From positions 1 to 64,000 of the forward strand of contig DF237287.1 of NCBI GenBank assembly GCA_000708835.1: a DNA stretch of 64,000 nt, written 5' to 3'. Below, one piece after another: positions 12,690-23,851 of the stretch. The position numbers and the translations under genes are program-made. Each line of letters begins with the position of its first letter. Within the stretch, counting starts at the first letter, position 1. The notes under the pieces were generated by a model. That model saw only the letters and a program-made list of their open reading frames with translations, did no database searches and was not told the DNA's origin. Source of the stretch: Klebsormidium nitens. Taxonomy: Eukaryota > Plantae > Klebsormidiophyceae.

Positions 12690-13248
12690 GAGGAGACGTC
12701 GTGGAGACGTCACGACCAATCTCTTGCAACCGGAGGAACGTAACGACGGATGTCGCTGAGGGGAACCTGCAAAGAGACCCAAGGATTTGAGGATTTGACG
12801 GCTTGGCCGTTTGGACGTTAAAATAGCACCCAAGCTGCAAACTTTTGCGTCAAGAAATTCTGCATTAGACTACGGGCAGATTCCATGTTGACATTAATGT
12901 GTTCCCTGATCGTCCCAGCTGATCAGAACAGACTTTGATTTAAAGAACACCCGACAGCCAGGATTTGAATTGAAAGGACGAAGGTAATCAAAGACGAACT
13001 CCCCGATAATCGGAGAACTTGAAGTTGGGTATGGTGGAAATACTCTGCGCGTGAGCAAATAGCCCTCCTCTTTACAAACATGGAACCGGCCTTCGAACTT
13101 TGTTAAGATTGACCTCCTACGGTTGTGAGGTTTCAGCTTTTGCGGCCAGCATGCACTTGGTTCTCATTTGTGCCTCGAAAGTTTTGCGTTCCAAGATATA
13201 TCAAACAACTGATGCAGCACTGAACTTTTTGGAGCCGCGTGTGCTGAC

Positions 13249-13725
13249 TTGAGTTTGTCAATCCGTTTGATCAGTCCTCGCAATGTTATGCTACAACAAC
13301 TTTCCAACTTAGTAGATTTGACCGTCGCGCCTGATCTGTCACCATGTGTCTATGTTCTATTTTCTCACCGACGTCATAGTATCGTTTTGACAGATCTGTT
13401 AGAAGGTAAAATTCACAAGCAATGGCACCACGATCTCTTTGCAACATTACAGAAGCACTCAAGAGAAAAACAATCTAGAAAATGCATATACGTACACAGA
13501 TGGCGTCCCAGCAAACCGATTGACTTGAGCTACTTTGAGAAACTCTTGAGAAAAAGAGTTCCCCGAGAACTTTGCAATTACCGGCCTACCTTGAACACGT
13601 TAGGCGTTCTGAACAAAAGTCGCGTTGCTTTGAGGATCCAATACCCTGATATAGCTTCAGTCTGCGTCCGCTTACGCTTGCACTTTTGCTTTGTAAGTTT
13701 GAGCAGGCATTCATATTGTTCGTAG
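13249..13725 (+). mobile_element. Possible degenerate GIY-YIG-like endonuclease fragment (retroelement remnant)
   Basis: Intronless AT-richer ORF with SPCVYVLFS near the start and E..L....YRPTLNT at the end, resembling the two ends of a GIY-YIG domain. The YIG motif is not intact and no reverse transcriptase is visible. Confidence 0.3.
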
Positions 13726-14530
13726 CCTGGCAATTGCCGCGCCAGTGACTCACTCTTGATTGGCCCGGCCGCGGCGCGCCGACACCCACGCGTCGGCCGC
13801 CGGCTGCGGCTTGCGGCCGTGGACCACCAAATCTGCTCCTGAACCCCCGAAGGTACGTACCGCATGGGCAAGACAACACCCGGCGCGGTACTGCAAACTT
13901 GGATCATCATGAGCGGAGCCTACTAGTAAGATGTCCCGCGCGGCATGGCCGCGCGAACGCGATCGGACCGGCCGCGGCCTTGCGAAAGCTCTCATCAAGC
14001 TCACAGATGCATATGCAGGATAACTTAGGCTTCGTTTTCAAGCTCTTCCAACGGCATCCAAGGATCGATGGTAGCCGCAGTGAATGTCATGTAGATCCAA
14101 TACGCGGCACGACGATACGAAGCTAAATTTAGAAAGATCGACTAACCGGTTTATCCTTGTGCCATTGAATATGTAAGTTAGCTGTCATTTTCGACTCTCA
14201 AGCTGGCGATCGTGGAACGCTCACTGGCAATCATGGTGGGTCTGAATCATGAGAGGACGGGCCTTCAACATGCACTGAAGCAAAATCGTTGGCCGGATAG
14301 CGGGCCATGCACACGTTTGTAAGATATCGAATGATTCCGGTTCCAAATGCAGACAATTGCAAGATATACTGTGATAGAAATACACCCTGCCATTGTAGGC
14401 ATGCACATGAATCTATCCTGTTTCAGATCCACAGATGATCATATCCTCCAATCGAAACAAATGTCCGTGTCCCTTACCCCAGATTTTGCCATTCGGCTTA
14501 CTGCTAGGACCTAAAAAGAAAGACGCTCCC

Positions 14531-14570
14531 CGAGTCGAGTCGAGTCGAGTCGAGTCGATTCGATACGACT
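14531..14570. repeat. (CGAGT)5 microsatellite plus 3 degenerate units
   Basis: cgagt x5 followed by cgatt cgata cgact. Confidence 0.95.
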
Positions 14571-14905
14571 GTGTGCATTTCTACTCTAGCGTGCCGAGGA
14601 GATCGGACATGACCGTTCGTTAGCAGAGCAACACTGTTATACAGCCTCACGCCTCATAGAAGTCTCAGCTTCGCCTTCTGCGGATGCCGTCATATCTGGG
14701 CGTACTCTCTCGGCAAAGCAAAAGCCGTAGGAGCAACCGAACCCGCCTCAGCGCGATGCACGAAAGTCCTGCAAACCGCCCCGCTTCAAAACACCGCTAT
14801 ATCTTTTGACTCTATCATGCGCATGCCGCGTGCCAATCAACAAACCGTAGCGTCTTAACTGCCTTTGACGTACGATCAAACAAGCCGATACCGTCCGGCG
14901 GGGTC

Positions 14906-17900
14906 TCAAAACGAGCGCGTCGTCCGGAGGTCCCGGTCCGGATTTTCGGACAGCCGTTGCCGGTGCAGGAGCCCCCGCTCGTGCATGGCGGCCTGCGTCA
15001 GGTGGTGCTTGATCTCCAGGCCCGGCCACTCGGCAGACTGCACCTCGTCGTCGTCCGCCGCGCTCTGCAAATGTGTGACCATCTGCGCTATCAGTGACGG
15101 CTTTCAGAATGAAGAAGAAGGCGGAGGGACATTATTGCGTCATAACACTGAGGCCCCGCCACTCCGCCGACTGCACCTCGTCGTCGTCCGCTGCGCTCTG
15201 CAAACATTCGACCGTCTGCGCTGTTAAGGACTGCTGTCAGACGGAAGAGGGAAGCGGATTGAAGTTTCAGTCAGCTTGGGAAGAATCTCCAGGCACCTCG
15301 TCGTCGTCGACCGTGCTCTGCGGACGGTCATAACATTTGAGCTTTCACTTAACGGGTTTGCGATCGAAGAGGAGGCGAGGGCGCTCGGCAAAAATTCTGC
15401 CCGACTGAGCTTGTGAGTGAAAACCTTGACGGGCTGCCTCCCTCGGATTGCCTGCATTGCCGATCGCTCTTCGAACGTTCGTATCATTTGCAGTTTTCCT
15501 TAAGACCTTGACTTGAAAGGGACCGGAGGGTGCTAAAAGTCGGTTTGTAAAGAGAACGAGTATAAGAGCCGGCTCATTGGCGGGTAAGTCTCTTCTCGTC
15601 AGCAGCGGGGGAAATGCGATTGACAAATCGGGAAGCGGGATGGCGGCTCGAGTGACTCAACAGACCATCTCGACCGGTCCTCTGTTTGTGGACGCGTACA
15701 AATTTGATACGAACTCATCAATCAATTGTCTGTTTCTCTCTGTCCTTTTGTCGACTCCTTCAGCTTTGACCAAAGGGGGGTTGCAGCCGATATCAGCACG
15801 ACAAACATGCAGATGATTGATGAGAAGTAATCGACGAAGTGAGGCCTAAAAAGAGGGGCCGTTGATTCCCAAATCCAGACACCAGGAGATATGACATGGA
15901 AACAGGTTCGCGCTGAGTTGAGAGCAGAAGTGTTCCGAGCAAGATAGTGACGAGATCGAAAAGTAACACCACAGTCGAGATCGCGAAACAAATGGCCAGA
16001 ATCAGTCCCCGAAATGTCAAGAGCACTGTTGAGAAAAGCAAAGGCCGCAGGCGAGAAGGACGATTTTGAGAAGGAAGCAACAAAGGGAAACGCAGGCAAG
16101 GGGAGAGCGACGCGACCTACACCGCGATACATATGGGACACGCTTGGAAGCGCAACCCTCCCTACCTTGTCCAGCGACTGCCGGCCTCCATCGACTCTTT
16201 CCTCCACCAGCTCCGGCGGAAGAGGCGGCGCTTCTTCGTACTGGGCGGCGTCCAACTCGCGGAGGTCCCCCGGGGAGAAGAACCGGGGGAGCAGGAAGCG
16301 CCGCGCGGGCACAAGCAACATGATGGGGATCGGAAAGAGAATCCCGGCAATCTGCACCGGGGGTGGATGTACGATGAGAGAGCGCGCTGGAATGTGCCGC
16401 GATCAATGAAGAAGGGGAGTATGATAGTTCCGTTGGTGAAAGGAGGTGGCTGTGAGCAAGTCGGGACGTTTCCTAGCACGCAGAGCAAGATTTGTCTCCC
16501 ACTGATTAGGATCTCATAATGTTTACCTTCTGGAAACAGACTGGTCCACTAGGTGCAGGGTAAGAGGATCGGGAGAGGTACCGTGTATCCTGAGCCAATC
16601 GTTCGAGACTTTGAAGAGAACGACATGGGGTAAGCGTAACCGCGGCCGAACGCAGAAGTTGAAGCGGATGACTTACTTCATCGACACGCGACGTTATTGC
16701 GAAGGCAACACCGTACTGTTGACACTTCGACAAAACGCTGTCCACTGGGCAAGCATCCGAAAGTCGGCAGAGGTTGTGTTCTTCGCCGAAACATAACCAG
16801 ACCGAAGAAAGATATCCAAATTTGCAAATCGCTCAAAACAGCTGAACATATCTCCATTGCCGCCACAGTAGAAAACTCCTTACCGGGATCCACGTAATCC
16901 CGTACACCGCCGCAGTGTAGACGACCTGGAAGAGCGTGAAGGCGACTATGGTCCGGAACGGCACAACCTCTAAGTAGGGGGGGTGCTCCTTTTGTAGCAA
17001 GCGCATGCGGTGCGGCCGGCTGGTGAAACTCCACAGGCACCGGTCCCAGAACTGGCTCCCCGGGAGCGACTCGAGGGCCATGTACGCGAAAAAACCTGCG
17101 CCCAGTCAGAAAACAGCTGACGTAAACACGCGTTCACGTTGACAGCCGGGTATTGAGAATCCCCAGGCACCGGTCCTCCCCGGGAGCGACTCGAGTGCCA
17201 TGTACGCATAGAAACCTGCGGCCGATTGGGGCCGGAGTCTGCTGACGTCATCGTGCGTCGTGTCGACAGCCAGCGTGTGGATTCTCGTCATTTTGAGATG
17301 TGAGAGGAGTTTTTCGAAGGACGATTTGTCGGAAGGAAGAGTGTAAAATTGGAAGATTGTCGATGAGAATACAACAACAAAGGACGACAAAGGCGAGTCC
17401 GCCGCTCAGATTAGCGAAACGAGAGAGGGTCACGGCTTCAAGGCGTTGGCCGATGGAGCCAAGATATGAATCAAAGACGGGCCATAAGTTGCCAGCAAAA
17501 CCCCATAAAGCGGAATGCGTAGAACAATCGGTCATCGGCTGAGCGGTTTGCAAGCGAAGTTGGGGGCCGACGCGCCTGCTAAATCTTCATCCCAGATACA
17601 AGAAGCGCTCGTACGTCAGAAAGGTACCACCGCTGTTTTGCGTTTTCTTGAACCATGTAAAACCAGGATTGCTGCCAAGTCTATGAAAGTGAACCATGGG
17701 CTACAAAAGCTTTCAACAAAGTGAGCGAGATCGGCTGTCCTCACCCCACAAGACGCTCGTGGGGATCTGTCGCAGCGCGGGCGTGATGGCGAGGCACGCG
17801 AGCACGAGTGCGGACTGCAGAAGGGGCGTCACGCGCTGCTCCTTCACCTCCACCGGGATGTGCGTCTCCATCACCTTCGCCTCGCGCTCGGCGTCCGTTT

Positions 17901-20900
17901 CCGAGGGGCCGTCCGAATCGACGGCGCGGACGGCTCCTGAACCAAAGCGGTGAATGCATTTCGTCGCTTGGCGTCCTTTTTGAAATGGAGTTCAAATGGA
18001 CGGTCCGAAAGGCCCTGAATCACAGGAATAGGACCGGAACGCATGACCGTCAATTTGGTTTTGGGAAGTGGGTTTACCGTCGACAAGTGGTCGGATTGTC
18101 GACGGTGACAAAGACCTGGGTCAAACTCGAGCGTGACAATACTATTGCATCGCCCGCCAACTGGCTTGTCTTACGATCCAAGTCGCAAAGTGAAGCGCTC
18201 AGCAGCCATGTTACCCTGTACTTCAACCAACCAACCCTCTCCAGTAATTGCGATCAAGTAAACTTGGCCCCAAGGTAATTCGATGTTACTACTGTAGTAT
18301 CCGTTTCCGCCTTGTTCTTCCATTTAGCTTCCGAATGAGCGACAATACACCAGGATATGAGAAGGTTTGTGATCCTCTTGGTCGGAGACAACGAGCTAGT
18401 CCGAACTCAAAGTCAGTGGATAAAAGAGCTTACGGCCCCTTTTGTCCGAGCAAAACGAAACAGCCTGAGATAAGAGTACTGGGAGGCAGTCACCACTCAC
18501 GATCCCACAGCGCGATCCAGTCAATCTGCCGTTTGAGTGTTTGAGCGAGGCTCTTGGTTTCATGGTACAAAACAAGCTTTCCTGAGATACAATGCCAGAA
18601 ACAAAGTCACTCACGTTTTCGCAGCGCCGCTCGGTTGATCTGGCGCTTGAGCGTAGCAAGACTTTTAGTGTGCATGGGCGCCTGCGGGAGAACACCGTTA
18701 ATGGGGGGCAACCCGATGAGGCCGCAGAGCAGGGTCAGGAATGCGAGCAGCAGCATGTCGTCTGCAGAAAGCAGCAAATCGAGGTTACTTATAAGGCGGG
18801 CCGCGGGGTACAGAGGGTTGTTAGAACGACTAGACCGCAGGGATCTGAAACCGATTAGTTACAGAGGTGGGTTAAGAAGAGTATGCATGACCAATTGAGC
18901 AGCCTTCGTGTGAGGACGAGGAAGAACTTAGGCTAACCGCATGGCTTCCGGATAACTCAAAAGCTGTCCAACCGTTCCGACCTCCACCTGGGGAAGTCAC
19001 TTTCAAACCTGTCGGCCTTTCGCTCTCACTTCGCAACTGTGTTTTGCAAGCCTTTCAATCACCACAAGCTGAGCAGTGCGAACCGCCAGAGTCAACAAAG
19101 GGAATCTCCGCGGCTGTGCGGGTCAGCCTCACCCAATTACCAAACGTGGTTCCCGTGCATGGTAGAAGAGTTTCAGTATTCTAGGGTTTCAAGGGCACGG
19201 ACGCGGCCTCAAACGAGTGCAGACTCACAGTTGTAGGCGGCGGGCTTTTTGAGGTTGAAGTCCTCTTGCTGCGCCATCTGCGACGAAACGTTGTGGTCGA
19301 AGTAGAACAGAACGGCGATGATAAACCCCGGAATGATCGCCGCTGCGACGTACGCCCCGTCCAAGTTGCCCAAGTCCTGCAGAAGAGATTCTTGTCTTCA
19401 GGAAAAGCAAGAGCCAGGAAGAATATTTTTGCCAGCCTGGGATGGGTGGGCTTAATTGTGGAGTTTAAGGTGGATATGGATGCGGAGCAGCTAATCGAAC
19501 GGGTTGGGATCTCCCGTCTTCGCTTTTGTGCTGACTATTCCTTAAGCTACCTGTCCTGCATTGAAGAGCTATCTGCAGAAGAAGCAGCGTTGAGTTTCCT
19601 TCTCGGAAGGCGTCAACTTGATCACATTATAGCCCCAGAATCGACATCCTACGGTCCAGTGATCAGCAAGCAAGCTCGAAGTCAGAAGCTTGGGTGATCG
19701 CTGAGCGTCCGGTATGGATTGGACTCGGTCCCTGACTTGGAACCTTCACTGCACAACGCGATGACCTGAACGGGAGACGTTGCGCTTGTCCACTTCAGCA
19801 TGGTAGTTTTCCAAACCATCCGGGAGCTCGACGGTTTGATTCGATAACGTCTAACATTTCTGACAAGCTCCTTTCGAAGGGTCATATGCGGCCTCAAGCG
19901 AGGCGACATGCTTTGGACTCGAGAACAGAGACAATCTGAGCTCGATAATACATAGAAAGATTGACACAGGTTTTCCAAACGCAGCGGTAACCTGCTTGGA
20001 TCAAGGCCAGGGAACCGTATGACGGCCAGATCCTGAAGCCAGCGCATACCCCTGACACCTCAAAACCCCCAATCCTCCTGGGAGCAAGAACGAGAAACCA
20101 CTAAACTCACCTTGGCCACAGTCCACGTGTCTTTGACGTTCCAGGTGTTGGGCAGGGCCAAACGGCGCAAAACGCCCGTCGGCGCCCCTTTGACGGCGAA
20201 GGAAAGCGCGCTCCAGACCGCGACCATGATGGGCACCTGCGGAGGTCGGGGTTTCAGCAATTCAGGGTCAAAGGTTAGGGACCGATAAGAGGAATGCTTG
20301 GGTCTTTCTCAGAATTCGACTACGTGAGGACTGAAGATGCAAACTCCTCGTTTGAAACGAAACGCACGACGCCCCAACATTGGTTCCAACCTGTAGACAA
20401 TCGGGTATCCGTGCTTCTGGACAAACAGTGTTGAACAAGTGTCTTCAAAGTGCACCAATCGATTGGACAAGAATCGTGGTTGTGACCCTCTCCTTTTCGG
20501 GCGGCTCGCAACTTCAGACGAGGCGAAATATCTCGCATCCATCTCAGCAAGAAGCTCCCACGACGTGTCCTCTCCGCGGAAAGAAACCTTCTCCAGACGG
20601 GATACGTATCAAGAGCTACATAAGAGTAGAAAATCCACCCTGACTTGGCAGCAAAGGAAGAAAGCCCCGGACCCAGGCGGGGCCAAAGCGCCATCCCAGA
20701 CCTTCAGCGACGTGACATGCATCAGGGACAAAACACAGCAGGCCCTCCGAGAAAATGAAAAGAACTTATTCGTACCCCGTAGTCCGCCAGGAAGCCCCGG
20801 ATCCAGGCGGGTCCGAAGCGCCACCCGCGGGCGGTGCGCAGCACCATGGAGGTGAACAGCAGGCCGAAGCCCAGGACGAGGCCCCACAGCCCATTTACCA

Positions 20901-23851
20901 AGCGCCACTCGGGCAGCTGGGCAGCACCACTGGAAAAACAACGTGGAGAGTGCTCTTGAGAAATAGATCGAGTCTTCGGTTCACGGAAGGCCGAAACAAA
21001 GTGGAAATCATTGTAAACTAGAACTTAATGTGTAAGATTGAATCAGCATGCGTCGAAGTTACGCAAAACGCACAGGCAACGAGGAAATGCTCCTGTGAGG
21101 GATACAGCATCAGATCGGACTGGGTCTCAAACCACAGAATGCAAGACAACGGTGTCATACAGCTCAACATGGATTCAGTGTCGCTCTCGTTTTCCTCCAA
21201 ATAAAGGAACGAACATGTGGATGTTTTTCATAACCACAGTTCGAACTAGCATGCGTTCAAATATCCACGGAACGCAAAGAACGAGACCATCCCAAGGTGC
21301 AACGTCTATTTGGGCTGGTACCCACGCCTTTTCTTGGGCGCACCAAGTGATGCAACATAAGACAATTGAGCATCCAGATCCAAAAAATGCAAAAGGAGTC
21401 CGTCCATTGCAACTCAGAAGCCCTTGTCTGAAACGTGTCCTTCACGTGTACAGGACGAGGACGATGAAATTCAGACAACAAAGTTTGCAAAAAGCAGAAA
21501 GGAAAACGGCAAGCAGGAAATACAGTGCGACCGCTCACACTGCCGCGGTCGGCCCCTTCTGCCGCCCGAACTCCTCGATCCACCCCTTGATCGCCTCTTG
21601 CATGAACAGGATCGCGATCAGCATCCCAAACAGCTCCCCGCTGAACCGGGTGAAGTAGCCGATAAGCTGGCAGGCGCCGCTCAGCGCCAGTATAGCTATG
21701 AACAGCGCAGCCCATATGCAAGCCCACCCGGCCCAGGCGAGGAAAAGCCCCGGACCGATCGCGTCTATGCTTTTGGAAAAGGAATACATGTAGCTGTAGA
21801 TGAGAGTGATGGGCTCGGAGACGCCGACAATGAGCAGGGGCTGCCCGCCGAACACGGCCTGCGCACGAATGGGGGGGGCGTGATGAGTGGTGTTAGGGAG
21901 CCTACCAAGAAACCCCCGAAATGACGAGATACGTGGACCCCTGGTTAATCGGCTGGTCAAAGCGCCCCGCCACCAAATGGTTTAATCACGACCAACCTCA
22001 AACAAGTCAACGAGCAACCTTCTAAACCGGAAAAAGCGTGTAAGCATTTGATCGGATGGGGATTGATCGGGAGAGGTGAGCAGTAGGGTGCTGATTAGGT
22101 CGAGCAGTCGCACTGGGTGCAAAGTAGTCGAGCTGAGTGATTTTGGAAGTCGGAAACTTACTTGAAGCACGCCTGTGATGCCGGTGGCTGCGAGGGTATG
22201 CACGGCAGACAGGGTTCCATCTAGAAGAAGTTCACCAGAAGCAAGTTGAGTCGAATCTCGACTTGAAATTCTACTTGATCCGTCATGCATGCTTCTCAAC
22301 AGAAGGCCTTGCTGACTTCACTGTATCGGAAGGGGGCAACTGGAAATGGGCGCTGAGAAGCGCCTATGAATGGAGAGTCGGACACTCCCACACAACGAGA
22401 TCCTCTCATCCCATTCCTTTGCGTGAGAGGGCCATTGAATCGATTGCAAGGGGTCTGTACCTTAGGGTGAATCACAATACTATCCTGCAGCAAGCGCAAC
22501 CGAAACAAGATTCTTACGACCATTGCCTGACTGGACTCTGCTGGGCTGAATCACTCCGTGGATGACACTGCTAAGATCACCCCTGGAATATGATCGTTTC
22601 GTTGTGGATCCAAAAGCCAGAAGCCAACCCCCTTTACAAGAAAGACTACCCCCCTTGCAAGAAAGTGGTATAGGACCTCACCCGTGGCTCGCTCTAACTG
22701 CTCTCCAAATGCCAAAGCAGGGATTGCAGATGCGAAGAAGATGTATGTTGCGGGAGCAAGTATTCTGCAGAGAACTAACGCGTTCAACAAATGACGATTG
22801 AATGGAGTAACGCCGTCTTTCAAGTGGGAAGTCAGACTAGTCCTAACATTCCCTTCTACTTGAAAAAAGGTTTTGATACCTGCCGCTAGACAAGAACACT
22901 CATTACAGCCCTAGAATCTTGACCTCCAGAGTTCCCGAGTGTTACCAGATTTAGCACAAACGGATTCAAAGATGAGAATTCCATATGAGCGCACTCCTCT
23001 GTTCCTATATTGGCCCTCATGACCCACGTTGTCATGTGAAGGGGCTTATGACCACTACACTTAACCAACCCGTGGAAGGATCCAAAGGATCAGTTACAGC
23101 AGCAGTGAAGGATACAGTCAGAAAATCAGAGCAACAACACTCCAAAACTGAGTCTGCTCGAATGAATCGGTGCAGCCCGGTGGAGCTCGATATCATGGAA
23201 GGGTGTCCGTAGGAACTTTCTCAAACATCGCAAGGACCTTCTCTGCGCACTCCTCTGGACTCAACAAGTGTCTATGTTTGCAAGGGTCACGCACCTGAGC
23301 CCGCAGTTCAGCCCTTCCCTCCAGTCATCGGCATACCTGTATTCATCATTAGGGCCTGGTTACGAAAGGTATGATCATGAATTCAACCCCTTAGAAGTGA
23401 GCAAGGATCGTCAGAAACTGCCTAGAACTAAGGGCATGGCGCCGAACAGCATTGGGCGCCAGAGCTCGAAAGCTAAGGTCTTCTAGGAGCTGATGGCTCA
23501 TCTTGATATACTCGTCAACTGACCTGACACCACTATTTCATTGACTACTCACTAAAAGACGGCAGCCGGAAGTGTCCAAGGTTTGAAGAGCACGGTTCAG
23601 CAAACTTAGATACAGTTTAAAGGGCAAAGAAGTTTCTTGTGATGCATTTTGAACGAAAGGATAGTCACAACTGAGACCCAACTACTCTCAAAGTAATCAA
23701 CATCTTTGTGAAAGTCGGTTTTGAAAAGAGAAGGGTGGAGGACACACCAGGGGAGCCGGTTCGATACATCCGCGCTGATGGTAAAAGGCCCTCGCTTTAC
23801 TTGATGCAACATCCCTTTCCACCACAACGGCTTCGAGCTTGGACTTGCCAT
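14906..23851 (-). CDS. BOR: BOR-family borate/anion transporter (SLC4/HCO3- cotransporter family), 13 exons, about 643 aa
   Basis: Exons 23851-23748, 23336-23295, 22764-22682, 22220-22162, 21858-21539, 20929-20776, 20236-20111, 19376-19229, 18761-18615, 17936-17745, 17095-16884, 16351-16166, 15064-14906, all phase-consistent. Motifs: [102 protein letters not shown]. An extra upstream exon (e.g. 24261-24153 spliced to 23863) is possible. Confidence 0.95.
15018..15340 (-). repeat. Triplicated acceptor plus start of the BOR terminal exon
   Basis: Units 15018-15125 (real), 15151-15258 and a shorter one at 15287-15340. Each keeps gcAG followed by AGC-RCR/G-GYS-GAC-GAC-GAC-GAG-GTG. Confidence 0.9.
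17035..17220 (-). repeat. Duplicated acceptor plus start of BOR exon 11
   Basis: Acceptors at 17096-17097 (real) and 17216-17217, exactly 120 bp apart. The copy has a 10-nt deletion. Confidence 0.9.
20659..20826 (-). repeat. 38-nt intronic copy of a BOR exon 6 segment ([13 protein letters not shown])
   Basis: 20659-20696 vs 20789-20826: 33/38 identical. Confidence 0.8.

Noticed and set aside
310-13725. SAMHD1-like dNTPase near a GIY-YIG-like fragment as an antiviral/defence island
   Set aside because: The dNTPase is an ordinary 16-exon VEN4-type housekeeping gene and the nuclease fragment is 8 kb away and weakly supported. There is no evidence of linkage.
14340-14406. NGRVYFYHSIS resembles a WW domain
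   Set aside because: Both signature tryptophans are missing and no exon context supports it.
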